Part shown: piece by piece, positions 17,582 through 25,975 of the stretch
How positions within the stretch are numbered: position 1 is the stretch's first letter
Layout of the letters: each line of letters begins with the position of its first letter
Origin: Trichlorobacter lovleyi SZ
GTDB taxonomy: Bacteria; Desulfobacterota; Desulfuromonadia; Geobacterales; Pseudopelobacteraceae
Assembly: GCF_000020385.1 (NCBI RefSeq)
Contig: NC_010814.1
Coordinates: 2,940,001-2,972,000, forward strand
Length of the DNA stretch: 32,000 nt
Reading direction: 5' to 3'
The notes under the pieces: generated by a model
Seen by the model: only the letters and a program-made list of their open reading frames with translations
Databases searched by the model: none
Told to the model about the DNA's origin: nothing
Program-made: the position numbers and the translations under genes

Positions 17582-17608
17582 AAAAAACCGGGTAAAACCC
17601 GGTTTTTT
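17582..17608. terminator. Intrinsic (bidirectional-type) terminator downstream of ccsA
   Basis: AAAAAACCGGGT / ACCCGGTTTTTT: perfect arms around an A-rich loop, with a CCGGG/CCCGG core flanked by A6 and T6. It begins 23 nt after the ccsA stop. Confidence 0.75.
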
Positions 17609-17631
17609 CAAGCAGAATCAAACAACTGATA

Positions 17632-18483
17632 TTAATTCATACTACCATAACTATGCAGTCCTGACAACAGCAGGTTTACTCCCAGGTAGCAGAAAATAGT
17701 GGCAGCAAAGCCGATAATAGAAAGCCAGGCAGCCCGCTTGCCGACCCAGCCCTTGGTAAAACGGGCATGCAGGAAAGCAGCATAAACAAACCAGACAATC
17801 AGTGACCAGGTTTCCTTGGGATCCCAGCTCCAGTAGGTACCCCAGGCATAATTGGCCCAAGCCGCACCGGTGATGATCCCCAGGGTTAAGAGCGGAAAGC
17901 CGACCATGATTGCCTTATAGTTCAGGTCGTCCAGAACCCGGGTCGGGGGAAACTGGGACATCAAGCCACCGGCCGCCTCATTCCCCTTTTCCTCGCTCTT
18001 GGCCTTGATCAGATACATGATCGAGACACCGCAGGCCACCGCAAAGGCGGCATACCCCAGAAAGCAGGTGATCACATGGTAGAGCAGCCAGTTGCTCTGC
18101 AGGGCTGGCATCAGCGGGTTGATATCAGTGGGCAGATAGAGTTGCGCCCAGGCCATCCCCATCAGGGCAAACGGCATTACAAAGGCACCAATAATCCGGT
18201 ACTTGTACTTGATATCGATAATGCCGAAGATCAAAACAATGCTCCAGGCAAAAAAGACCACTGATTCGTACAGGTTAGACATCGGAGCATGCCCCAGGCC
18301 GATATCATAGGATTCTTTCCAGCGCAGACCGATAGCAATTGTTTGCACAACAAAACCGATCCACGCCAGTGCTGAAGCTGCAGTCCCAACGTGTTTGTTG
18401 CGGCCGGCCAGGTATCCGAAAAATAGCAGGGTCGAGGCCATATAGAAGATGGTAGTAGCGTTAAAGAGTTTTGCGCTCAACAT
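17632..18483 (-). CDS. ccsA: Cytochrome c biogenesis protein CcsA (System II heme handling; ResC)
   Basis: WWD motif WGTYWSWDPKETWSLIVW, polytopic. Start trimmed to ATG 18483 (MLSAKLF), with GGAGGAA 7 nt upstream. Confidence 0.9.
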   Translation of the reverse strand: MLSAKLFNATTIFYMASTLLFFGYLAGRNKHVGTAASALAWIGFVVQTIAIGLRWKESYDIGLGHAPMSNLYESVVFFAWSIVLIFGIIDIKYKYRIIGAFVMPFALMGMAWAQLYLPTDINPLMPALQSNWLLYHVITCFLGYAAFAVACGVSIMYLIKAKSEEKGNEAAGGLMSQFPPTRVLDDLNYKAIMVGFPLLTLGIITGAAWANYAWGTYWSWDPKETWSLIVWFVYAAFLHARFTKGWVGKRAAWLSIIGFAATIFCYLGVNLLLSGLHSYGSMN

Positions 18484-18499
18484 GTAGACATTCCTCCGC

Positions 18500-19879
18500 T
18501 CAGATAGTCTGTTTCTGGAGTTCTTCAGCCAACCGCTCAAACTCCGTCAGAAATGCCGGCTGATTTTTGCTGGCATTGCCGTAGATCCGCGCATAGCCGT
18601 GCTGCACCACAATCCAGACCCGCTTGTGGGACATGAAAAAGGCAATACAGAGACCCAGGCACATCATAAAACAGCCGGCCCAAACGACCCAGACACCGGG
18701 GTCTTTATTCACCTGCAGGCCGGTATACATCCGGGCATCAGTACCGGTAAAGGTAAAGATCAGACGGTCTCCGCGGAGATCATCCAGCCCGGGATTGTTT
18801 TTATACACCTTGAAAAACTTCGGTTCCGCCCCCTTATCACTTACCCCCAGTACTGCCGCCAGCCCCTCGCCCGGATTGTCGGTCAGATCAACAATTGAAG
18901 CAGAACGTCCATCCGGCAGGCGTGTCTGGCTGCCCGGGCGCAGGACAATCTGTTCGCTCTTGCCGCTCTCACGCTGTTTCACCGTAAAGAAGAACAGGCT
19001 GGGATCGTTGGCCTGGCCATAGCTGGATTGATAGAAGGTGATACCTTTGTATGTCAGCGGTTCATTGACCACAACGCGGACATGCTTGTAGCCGGGGATT
19101 TCTTTACCGTTTTCAGTCAGGGTCAGAATACTCTTGAACTCCTTCGGCATCTGGCTTGGTCCGCCACCGCCCGGCGCGTCGTAGAAAGAGACCGTAAACT
19201 GATCACACTTGACCTCGAAGCCCAGTGGCACATCCTTACCGCTGCGGGCCTTGATCGTGTTGATGGTTTCACCTTCGACAATGGCTACAAACCCTTTGTA
19301 CCCGCCAATATTACCGATAATGGTTCCGGCCATGATCACCAGGATGCTGAAGTGCACAACATAGACCCCCAGCCGGCACCAGGCATTTTTCTGAGCAAAA
19401 AGATGATACTGGTTTCCGACCTGGGTGATCGTGGGCGTGGCAAAGCGGGCGCCGAGGAAGGCAGCAAGTTTGTCTCTTGAGGCATCCAGTGAGCCCTCAA
19501 GCTTCAGCTCTTTGCTGGGAAATATTTTTTGTTGCGTTTCGGAGATGGTTGTTGCCGGTTCGCTGACGAACTTGAAGACATGGGGCAGACGCTTGATCGA
19601 GCAGGCGATCAGGTTGATACAGAACAGTGCCAGCAAGGCCAGAAACCACCAGGAATGGTACATATCAAAGAAACCGAGTTTCTCGTACAGCGCCTTGCGG
19701 CCCGCGCTGATGGTTGCCCAGTAACGCTCATCAATATTGGGAAACTGCGGTATGACAGTACCGATGATTGAGGTGATTGCCAGCGTGATCAGCAGAAAGA
19801 GGGTCAACTTGAGAGAACAGAAAAAATCCCACACCTGTTGCACAAAGCCACGTTGATTGGTACTCACTGAACGCTCCAT
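18500..19879 (-). CDS. resB: Cytochrome c biogenesis protein ResB/CcsB (System II)
   Basis: N-terminal FFCSLKLTLFLLITLAITSIIGTVIPQ, a large periplasmic domain, a C-terminal TM helix, and adjacency to ccsA. GTG 19867 (GGAG 6 nt upstream) is an alternative start. Confidence 0.85.
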   Translation of the reverse strand: MERSVSTNQRGFVQQVWDFFCSLKLTLFLLITLAITSIIGTVIPQFPNIDERYWATISAGRKALYEKLGFFDMYHSWWFLALLALFCINLIACSIKRLPHVFKFVSEPATTISETQQKIFPSKELKLEGSLDASRDKLAAFLGARFATPTITQVGNQYHLFAQKNAWCRLGVYVVHFSILVIMAGTIIGNIGGYKGFVAIVEGETINTIKARSGKDVPLGFEVKCDQFTVSFYDAPGGGGPSQMPKEFKSILTLTENGKEIPGYKHVRVVVNEPLTYKGITFYQSSYGQANDPSLFFFTVKQRESGKSEQIVLRPGSQTRLPDGRSASIVDLTDNPGEGLAAVLGVSDKGAEPKFFKVYKNNPGLDDLRGDRLIFTFTGTDARMYTGLQVNKDPGVWVVWAGCFMMCLGLCIAFFMSHKRVWIVVQHGYARIYGNASKNQPAFLTEFERLAEELQKQTI

Positions 19880-20011
19880 TAAAACCGTATTAAAAGAGTA
19901 ACATGAAGAAAACGCAATTTACGACTATTTCTGTCTTGTATTGTCAGTTATAGCTCATCCCTGAAAAAATGGGTAGCGGTTTTTTGGCATAGCTGTTTGA
20001 CAAAAATCAAA

Positions 20012-20045
20012 TAAAATAAAAAAAGGCCAGCAGAGGCTGGCCTTT
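20012..20045 (-). terminator. Rho-independent terminator downstream of the triheme cytochrome gene
   Basis: Minus strand reads AAAGGCCAGC-CTCT-GCTGGCCTTT followed by TTTTATTTTATTT. Confidence 0.8.
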
Positions 20046-20071
20046 AATACAACGCTATAAGCTGCCGACAA

Positions 20072-20341
20072 TTACTTCTTGTGGCAATCCTTGCAGCCTT
20101 GAGGACCTTTTTTCTCAGCTTTGTGGCACTTGACGCAGAGCTTGTTGTGAGCAACATCCTTGTTCATTTCAATCTTCTTGGGAGCGCCTTCATGGCACTT
20201 GGCACAGCCCAGCTTCATGTGAGCCTTGTGGGGAAAAGCAACCTTACCCATGGCGCCGCCTTTGTACTCGTAGCTGTCGGCAGCAAATGCGGTGCCAGAG
20301 AAAGCGACCAGGGCAAACAGTGCAATAATAGTTCTTTTCAT
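20072..20341 (-). CDS. Periplasmic triheme cytochrome c7 (PpcA family)
   Basis: Signal peptide MKRTIIALFALVAFSGTAFA. Three CXXCH motifs (CAKCH, CVKCH, CKDCH). FPHKAH and ...GCKDCHKK are collinear with Geobacter PpcA. AAGGAGG lies 8 nt upstream of ATG 20341. The track ORF was over-extended to 20425. Confidence 0.9.
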   Translation of the reverse strand: MKRTIIALFALVAFSGTAFAADSYEYKGGAMGKVAFPHKAHMKLGCAKCHEGAPKKIEMNKDVAHNKLCVKCHKAEKKGPQGCKDCHKK

Positions 20342-20379
20342 TGTTACAACCTCCTTGGTAATGTTAAAAAAGATGTGGA

Positions 20380-20409
20380 ACTTAAGCATAGTCCCTAAAA
20401 AAAAGTCAA
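20380..20409 (-). promoter_or_regulatory. Candidate sigma70-type promoter for the cytochrome c7 gene
   Basis: Minus strand has TTGACT (20409-20404), an 18-nt spacer, then TTAAGT (20385-20380). Sequence match only. Confidence 0.25.
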
Positions 20410-20434
20410 GCATTAAGCGTACCAACTCGCCGGC

Positions 20435-21709
20435 CTAGATCCTTCCAAGTGCTTTTTTACCGATATCGCGACGAAACTGTACCCCGCGCCAGGAAATCTT
20501 CTCAACCCCCTGATAGGCCCGCTCAATCGCAGCAGCAACGGTGTTCCCCAGGGCCGTCACCCCCAGCACCCGCCCACCGGCCGTCACGATCCGGCCATCC
20601 TTTTCGGCAGTTCCAGCATGAAAGACCGTCACGTCAGTCAACTGCTCGGCTGCCTCAATTCCGGTAATACTATCCCCTTTCGGGTAATCACCGGGGTACC
20701 CTTCCGCTGCCATGACCACACAAATTGCTGCCTGATCATGCCACTCAATGCTATGGCCGGACAGATCGCCTTCAGCCACTGCCAGCAAGAGCGGCACCAG
20801 ATCGGATTTCATCCGCATCAAAAGTGGCTGACATTCCGGATCGCCAAAACGGGCATTGAACTCCAGGGTTTTAACCTCACCGTCCTTGACCATCAGACCG
20901 GCATAGACAATCCCCTGGTAAGCGCAGCCTTCCGCAGCCATACCGTCAACCGCCCGCTGCACCACCTGCTCCATCGCCTTTTGATGCACCTCGGCAGTCA
21001 CCACCGGAGCTGGTGAGTAGGCCCCCATGCCGCCGGTATTAGGCCCCTGGTCGCCATCGAAGATTGCCTTGTGGTCCTGGGCCGAGGCCAATGGGATAAC
21101 AAACCTTCCATCGGTAATGGCCAGAAAGGAAGCCTCTTCACCGGTCAAAAACTCCTCAACAACCACTCGCGACCCGGCATCGCCAAAGGCGTTACCGGAA
21201 AGCATATCCTGCACCGCTTCAATCGCCTCAGCCTCGGTCTGGGCTATGATCACACCTTTGCCTGCGGCCAGCCCATCGGCCTTGACCACAATCGGTGCCC
21301 CGGTCTTGCGAATAAAGGCCTCGGCAGCAGGAATCTCGGTAAAGACACCATAGGCTGCCGTAGGGATATTGTATTTATGCATCAGATCCTTGGAAAAGGC
21401 CTTACTGGCCTCAATCCGCGCCGCCGCCCGGCTGGGCCCGAAGATTCTGACCCCGTACTCACGGAACAGGTCCACAATCCCCAGCGACAGCGGCAGCTCC
21501 GGCCCCACCACCGCCAGATCGATCCCTTCTGATTTGGCAAAGCCCAACAGCTTGTCGATCTCTTCCACCTTGATCGGCAGGTTGGTAGCAAGACTGGCAG
21601 TCCCCGGATTACCGGGAGCACAGTAAATCTGCGTCACCAAGGGCGATTGGGCAATCTTCCAGACCAGAGCATGTTCGCGGCCACCGCCGCCGATTACTAG
21701 AATTTTCAT
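20435..21709 (-). CDS. purD: Phosphoribosylamine--glycine ligase
   Basis: MKILVIGGGGREHALVWK..., full-length collinearity with PurD. ATG 21709 is preceded by GAGGTG. Confidence 0.95.
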   Translation of the reverse strand: MKILVIGGGGREHALVWKIAQSPLVTQIYCAPGNPGTASLATNLPIKVEEIDKLLGFAKSEGIDLAVVGPELPLSLGIVDLFREYGVRIFGPSRAAARIEASKAFSKDLMHKYNIPTAAYGVFTEIPAAEAFIRKTGAPIVVKADGLAAGKGVIIAQTEAEAIEAVQDMLSGNAFGDAGSRVVVEEFLTGEEASFLAITDGRFVIPLASAQDHKAIFDGDQGPNTGGMGAYSPAPVVTAEVHQKAMEQVVQRAVDGMAAEGCAYQGIVYAGLMVKDGEVKTLEFNARFGDPECQPLLMRMKSDLVPLLLAVAEGDLSGHSIEWHDQAAICVVMAAEGYPGDYPKGDSITGIEAAEQLTDVTVFHAGTAEKDGRIVTAGGRVLGVTALGNTVAAAIERAYQGVEKISWRGVQFRRDIGKKALGRI

Positions 21710-21737
21710 ACAGATCACCTCAATACCAGGCCCACTC

Positions 21738-21859
21738 GGGACCGTTCAATTTTACGTGAGGCCAAGGAAGATGAGCACAGGCGCGGAGGCGTACCGTAAG
21801 TACGCCGCACAAGCTCTTTGCGACATCTGACGCAGAGATCGCGGAAAAGGGGACGGTCC
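21738..21859. repeat. Imperfect ~120-nt palindromic intergenic element (long hairpin) between purH and purD
   Basis: Concentric complementary segments: GGGACCGT (21738-45) / ACGGTCC (21853-59); TTTT (21750-53) / AAAA (21845-48); AGATG (21769-73) / CATCT (21824-28); GAGC (21773-76) / GCTC (21813-16); core GGCGTAC (21788-94) / GTACGCC (21800-06) with loop CGTAA. Confidence 0.55.
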
Positions 21860-23418
21860 TAGTGCCTGAAATGGCGCATATTGGTAAAGACCATCGCCAT
21901 GCCATGCTCATTGGCGGCCTGAATCACCTCTTCATCCCGCACTGAACCGCCCGGCTGGATGATCGCCGTGACACCAGCCTCGGCAGCGGCATCCACGCCA
22001 TCGCGGAACGGGAAGAAGGCGTCGGATGCCAATACCGTCCCCTTGATCGGCAGCAACGCCTTTTGAACGGCGATCTTGGAGGAATCTACCCGTGACATCT
22101 GGCCGGCACCGATTCCGACGGTCTGATCGGCATTGGTAAAGACAATGGCGTTTGACTTGACATGTTTGCAAACCCGCCAGGCAAAATCCAGCGCAGCCAG
22201 TTCCTGGGCGGTTGGCTGACGTTCAGACATCACCTTGCAGTCAGTGGCCGCAACCATACCCAGGTCACGTCCCTGCAGCAGCAGCCCGCCCACGACCCGC
22301 TTCAGATCATAACCGGTCTGGAGATGTCCGGCCAGCAACGGCACCTGCATCACCCGCACATTCTTCTTGGCGGTAAAGATCGCCAAAGCCTCTTCATCAT
22401 AGCCAGGGGCGATCACCGCCTCCAGAAAGGTCGAGGTCAACTCACGGGCAGCTGCAGCATCAACAATACGGTTAAAACCTACGATACCGCCAAAGGCGGA
22501 GACCGGGTCGCACTCACGGGCCTTGAGATAGGCGGAGATGGGAGAATCCCCCAGTGCAACGCCGCAGGGATTGGTATGCTTGATGATAACGGCTGCCGGC
22601 TTGTCGGTAAACTCCTTGACCGTCTCAATGGCAGCATCCAGGTCGATAATGTTATTAAAGGACAGCTCTTTACCCTGCAACTGGACCGCATTGGAGACGC
22701 AGGGCTCGGTAATGCCCCGCTCCACATAGAAGGCGGCCGACTGGTGGGGGTTCTCGCCGTAACGCAGATCCTGGGCCTTCTTAACCTGAATCGTAAAGGT
22801 CTCAGGGTATTCGTCAGTGTTCTCCCCCAACCGCGCCCCCAGCCAGTTGGAAATGGCACCATCGTAGGCAGCGGTGTGTTGATAGACCTTTACGGCCAGA
22901 CGAAAGTTGGTTTTGGCCGAGACAGCACCGCCATTAGCAGCCATCTCCTCCAGGACCGCTGCGTAATCAGCAGCATCCACCAGCACCGTCACGTCATGAT
23001 TATTCTTGGCAGCAGAACGCAGCATGGTGGGGCCACCGATATCAATGTTCTCAATGGCATCCTCAAGGGTGCAGTCCGGTTTGGCCACCGTGGCCTCAAA
23101 GGGGTAGAGATTAACCACCACCATGTCGATCGGTTCAATACCGTGCTCTTTCATCTTGGCCTGATGCTCTGCATTGGCACGGATACCCAGCAGACCGCCA
23201 TGTACCTTGGGATGCAGAGTCTTGACCCGGCCATCCAACATCTCCGGGAATCCGGTAAACTCGGACACATCCTTTACCGTCAGGCCGGATTCACGCAGCA
23301 GCTTGGCGGTCCCGCCAGTGGAAAGAATTTCCACACCATATCCAGCCAGAGCCTTGGAAAGTTCTACAATACCGGTCTTGTCGGAGACACTGATCAGCGC
23401 CCGTGTAATTTTGGCCAT
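21859..23418 (-). CDS. purH: Bifunctional AICAR formyltransferase / IMP cyclohydrolase
   Basis: [24 protein letters not shown]...[18 protein letters not shown]-terminal HFRH. Full-length PurH architecture. Confidence 0.95.
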   Translation of the reverse strand: MAKITRALISVSDKTGIVELSKALAGYGVEILSTGGTAKLLRESGLTVKDVSEFTGFPEMLDGRVKTLHPKVHGGLLGIRANAEHQAKMKEHGIEPIDMVVVNLYPFEATVAKPDCTLEDAIENIDIGGPTMLRSAAKNNHDVTVLVDAADYAAVLEEMAANGGAVSAKTNFRLAVKVYQHTAAYDGAISNWLGARLGENTDEYPETFTIQVKKAQDLRYGENPHQSAAFYVERGITEPCVSNAVQLQGKELSFNNIIDLDAAIETVKEFTDKPAAVIIKHTNPCGVALGDSPISAYLKARECDPVSAFGGIVGFNRIVDAAAARELTSTFLEAVIAPGYDEEALAIFTAKKNVRVMQVPLLAGHLQTGYDLKRVVGGLLLQGRDLGMVAATDCKVMSERQPTAQELAALDFAWRVCKHVKSNAIVFTNADQTVGIGAGQMSRVDSSKIAVQKALLPIKGTVLASDAFFPFRDGVDAAAEAGVTAIIQPGGSVRDEEVIQAANEHGMAMVFTNMRHFRH

Positions 23419-23547
23419 GATGACACCTCGATGTACGTTGGTTTGATTATCTTAATGAACTGCGGTCAGGAGAGAGCTTTGTAGCATGGGAGACAAGGCC
23501 CTGCCAAGAGCTTTTGAAACAGCACCATGTATACAACACCTGCGGAT

Positions 23548-24588
23548 TTAAACGACGATCACCGGCAACTCCGCACGGGGCAACACATCACCTATCAGCA
23601 CACAAAAAATGCTGTTTTCAGCAGCTTCCGCCTGAAACAACGCTGCTGCACCGGGCTGCAGGGCAATCAACAGCCCACCGGAGGTCTGGGGGTCAAACAA
23701 CGGCAGCAAACGTTCAGGGTCACAATCACCCGCATCAATCCGGGAAAGATAGTAGCTGCGGTTCCGGTAACAGCCGGCAGGCACCATACCGTCGGCGACC
23801 TGATCGGTGACGCCCTGCATCAGGGGAACTGCATCAAGATACAGACGGATGGTTACCCCTGACCCCAGGGCCATTTCGCAGCTATGGCCGATCAGGCCAA
23901 AACCGGTTATGTCGGTGCAGGCAGATGGCGTATAGCGCAGCATCAATTCAGCAGCAGCACGGTTCAAGAGTGACATCCAGGCTACCGCCTCTGCCTCCTG
24001 CTCAACGGTTGCCATCTCCCCCTTGACTGCCGTGGACAGAATGCCGCTGCCCAGCGGCTTGGTCAACAGCAGGCAGTCACCGGGGCGGGCCGTGCTGTTG
24101 CGCAGCACCTGCTCGGGATGCACGGTGCCGGTCACCGATAACCCGTACTTCAACTCGTCATCCTCAACCGTGTGCCCCCCCACCAGACAGCAACCAGCTT
24201 CATTGAGGGCATCCTGACCTCCGGCCAGCACCTCACCCAGAACCTCCGGCTGCAGGCTGCAGGCGGGGAAAAAGGCAAGATTCATGGCGGTTAACGGTCT
24301 CCCGCCCATGGCGTAGATATCAGAGAGTGCATTGGCAGCAGCAATCCTGCCGAAGGCCCGGGGGGCATCGGCAGGAGGGGTAATCACATCACAGCTTTCA
24401 ATCAGCGCGATCTCCGGTGTCAGGCAATAGACTCCCCCATCATCGGACGTTTCCGGTCCCACGATCAATCTGGGGTCAGCAGGACGATTGAGTCCCGCCA
24501 ACGCGTCGGCAAGGCCCTCCGGGCCCAGCTTGGCCGCTCAGCCGGCAGCTTTGACGGTTTGCGTCAGTTTGATTTTCTTGTTGGTCAT
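23548..24588 (-). CDS. selD: Selenide, water dikinase (selenophosphate synthetase), selenocysteine-containing form
   Basis: The track ORF (23548-24501) lacks the catalytic N-terminus. Reading the same frame upstream through TGA (24540-24538) gives [33 protein letters not shown]..., which aligns with E. coli [25 protein letters not shown] (U at Cys17, Lys20 conserved). Downstream motifs: [65 protein letters not shown]. Confidence 0.85.
24509..24529 (-). promoter_or_regulatory. Candidate bacterial SECIS stem-loop
   Basis: The mRNA reads GCUGGGCC-CGGAG-GGCCUUGC, starting 9 nt 3' of UGA: six Watson-Crick pairs, one G-U and one U-U mismatch. Not folded computationally. Confidence 0.4.
24538..24540 (-). 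other. selD: In-frame UGA, predicted selenocysteine codon 17 of selD
   Basis: TGA on the minus strand, in frame with ATG 24588 and with the downstream SelD ORF. It aligns with the catalytic Cys/Sec position. Confidence 0.8.
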
Positions 24589-24592
24589 GGGA

Positions 24593-25735
24593 CTATTTTC
24601 CCGCTCCAAGATATACCCGCGGCACCCGCTTACTGATACCGCACAGCAGCTCATACGGAATCGTACCGGCCCAATGGGCCACTTCTTCCGCAAAGACGGT
24701 ATTGCCTTTCCGATCCTCCCCGATCAGGGTAACATCATCACCCACAGCCACACCGGGGATATGGGTAACATCCAGCATCAGCCAATCCATGCAGACCGTA
24801 CCGGAAACCTGCGCCCGCTCCCCCCTGACCAGCACCTGCCCCTTGTTGGTCAGGGCGCGGGGATAGCCATCGGCATAGCCCACCGGCACACTGGCAATCA
24901 GGGTGCGCTGTTCAGCCGTAAAGCGGCGGCCATAGCTGATGGTAGTGGCAGGCTCGACCCATTTCAGCATGGCGATCTTGCTTTTCAGCCGCATCACCGG
25001 ACGCAGAGAAAGCCTTCCCTGAAAATCGGGTGAAGGCAACGCTCCGTACAGCGCTATACCGGGACGGACCAGATTACAGAAGGGATAGTCATTGAGCAGT
25101 GCCCCGGCGCTGTTGGCGATATGGATATAGCGTGGCGAAAAACCGGCCTTGCGGATCTGCTCGACCGCCCAGCCAAAGCGCTCTCCCTGCAGCCGGGTAA
25201 AGTACTGGCCCGATTCATCCAGCTCGTCGGCAGAAGCAAAGTGGGAGATCACCCCTTCCAGATAGATATTGGGCAGCAGCTTAAGGGCATTCAGCAGGGC
25301 AGGTACCTGGTCATAGGGGATCCCCAGACGTCCCATACCGGTGTCCACCTTCAGATGCACCAGGGCTTTGCGATAGAGTTTACCCGCAGCCAGATCAAGC
25401 GCCTTCAGCTGTTCAAGGGAAAATACGGCAGAAGAGATACCGTATCCGACACATTTACGTTCCTGCCCCGGGTAGATGCCTCCCAGCAACAGAACCGGTT
25501 TATCAATACCGGCTTTGCGAAGCTGGATCGCTTCGGCCAGAAAGGCCACCCCAAAGGCGTCTACCCCCTGGCGTTCCAGCTCCTTGCTTACTTCAAGAAA
25601 GCCATGACCATAGGCATCGGCCTTGACCACTGCCAGCACGGCTGACCGTGACGGCACCGAGGAGCGGACAACCGAATAGTTTTCCCGCAGGGCACCAAGA
25701 TCTATCTCTGCAAAGGTTGGGCGACTGTCAAACAT
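24593..25735 (-). CDS. alr: Alanine racemase
   Basis: [11 protein letters not shown] (PLP lysine motif), full-length Alr architecture. The stop lies 4 nt before the selD ATG. Confidence 0.92.
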   Translation of the reverse strand: MFDSRPTFAEIDLGALRENYSVVRSSVPSRSAVLAVVKADAYGHGFLEVSKELERQGVDAFGVAFLAEAIQLRKAGIDKPVLLLGGIYPGQERKCVGYGISSAVFSLEQLKALDLAAGKLYRKALVHLKVDTGMGRLGIPYDQVPALLNALKLLPNIYLEGVISHFASADELDESGQYFTRLQGERFGWAVEQIRKAGFSPRYIHIANSAGALLNDYPFCNLVRPGIALYGALPSPDFQGRLSLRPVMRLKSKIAMLKWVEPATTISYGRRFTAEQRTLIASVPVGYADGYPRALTNKGQVLVRGERAQVSGTVCMDWLMLDVTHIPGVAVGDDVTLIGEDRKGNTVFAEEVAHWAGTIPYELLCGISKRVPRVYLGAGK

Positions 25736-25797
25736 GCCACTTACTTACCACGGCCTGCCGCAGGGGGCAATCTGAAAACGCCTGTTTACGGAAGCGG

Positions 25798-25826
25798 TTG
25801 ACGACCTGCGGATTTTATCGTATGGT
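25798..25826 (+). promoter_or_regulatory. Candidate sigma70-type promoter for the thi operon
   Basis: TTGACG (25798-25803), 17-nt spacer, TATGGT (25821-25826). The spacing to the inferred riboswitch P1 is tight, so confidence is low. Confidence 0.3.
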
Positions 25827-25827
25827 T

Positions 25828-25920
25828 GCGTCGCCCTGGGGGAGCCTTGCATAGGCTGAGACGGCTCTGCCGGACCCCTTGAACCTGAACCGGGTAATGC
25901 CGGCGGAGGAAAGCGGCCTC
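25828..25920 (+). promoter_or_regulatory. TPP (THI-box) riboswitch aptamer
   Basis: CUGGGGGAGCC...GGCUGAGA...ACCCCUUGAACCUGAACCGGGUAAUGCCGGCGGAGGAAA matches the conserved TPP riboswitch core (GGGG.GC, CUGAGA, ACCC..GAACCUGA.C.GG.UAAUGCC.GCG.AGG.A). It sits upstream of thiamine biosynthesis genes. Boundaries are approximate. Confidence 0.9.
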
Positions 25921-25939
25921 GTTCCCAGCATCTATTTTC

Positions 25940-25975
25940 GGGCCGCCTGAGTTGTATTCAGTGCGGCCCTTTTTC
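25940..25975 (+). terminator. Riboswitch expression-platform terminator
   Basis: GGGCCGC (25940-46) pairs with GCGGCCC (25963-69), followed by TTTTT. GCGGCC at 25913-18 (3' side of the aptamer) is an identical copy of the 3' arm and could form the competing antiterminator. Confidence 0.75.

Noticed and set aside
19903-19953. 16-codon ORF (MKKTQFTTISVLYCQL) on the plus strand in the resB leader
   Set aside because: It lies opposite to all flanking genes, has only a weak SD, and is too short. It is most likely chance in an AT-rich spacer.
19985-20000. Sigma54-like TGGCAT-N5-TTTGA on the plus strand
   Set aside because: The -12 element is imperfect. It also points toward the 3' end of the minus-strand cytochrome gene, with no plus-strand gene to drive.
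21710-21858. Possible ZTP (pfl) or purine-type riboswitch upstream of purD
   Set aside because: The purine context is tempting. However, the minus-strand sequence lacks the conserved ZTP elements (GACUGGCG-type 5' subdomain, CCGCCUGGGC 3' subdomain) and the purine-riboswitch junction motifs. I report it instead as a palindromic element.
22162-23484. 440-aa ORF on the plus strand
   Set aside because: It is entirely antisense to purH, whose identity is unambiguous. The translation is low-complexity (G/L/R/Q-rich) with no recognisable motif. This is a typical shadow ORF in GC-rich coding DNA.
23492-23508. Sigma54-like TGGCAG...TTGT on the minus strand upstream of purH
   Set aside because: The spacing between the GG and the TTG(C) element is one nucleotide short of the strict sigma54 spacing, and the -12 GC is missing.
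23466-23528. 20-codon ORF (MVLFQKLLAGPCLPCYKALS) on the minus strand between selD and purH, with AGGTG 8 nt upstream
   Set aside because: It is too short to support from sequence alone. It has no known leader-peptide logic for purH, and conservation cannot be checked here.
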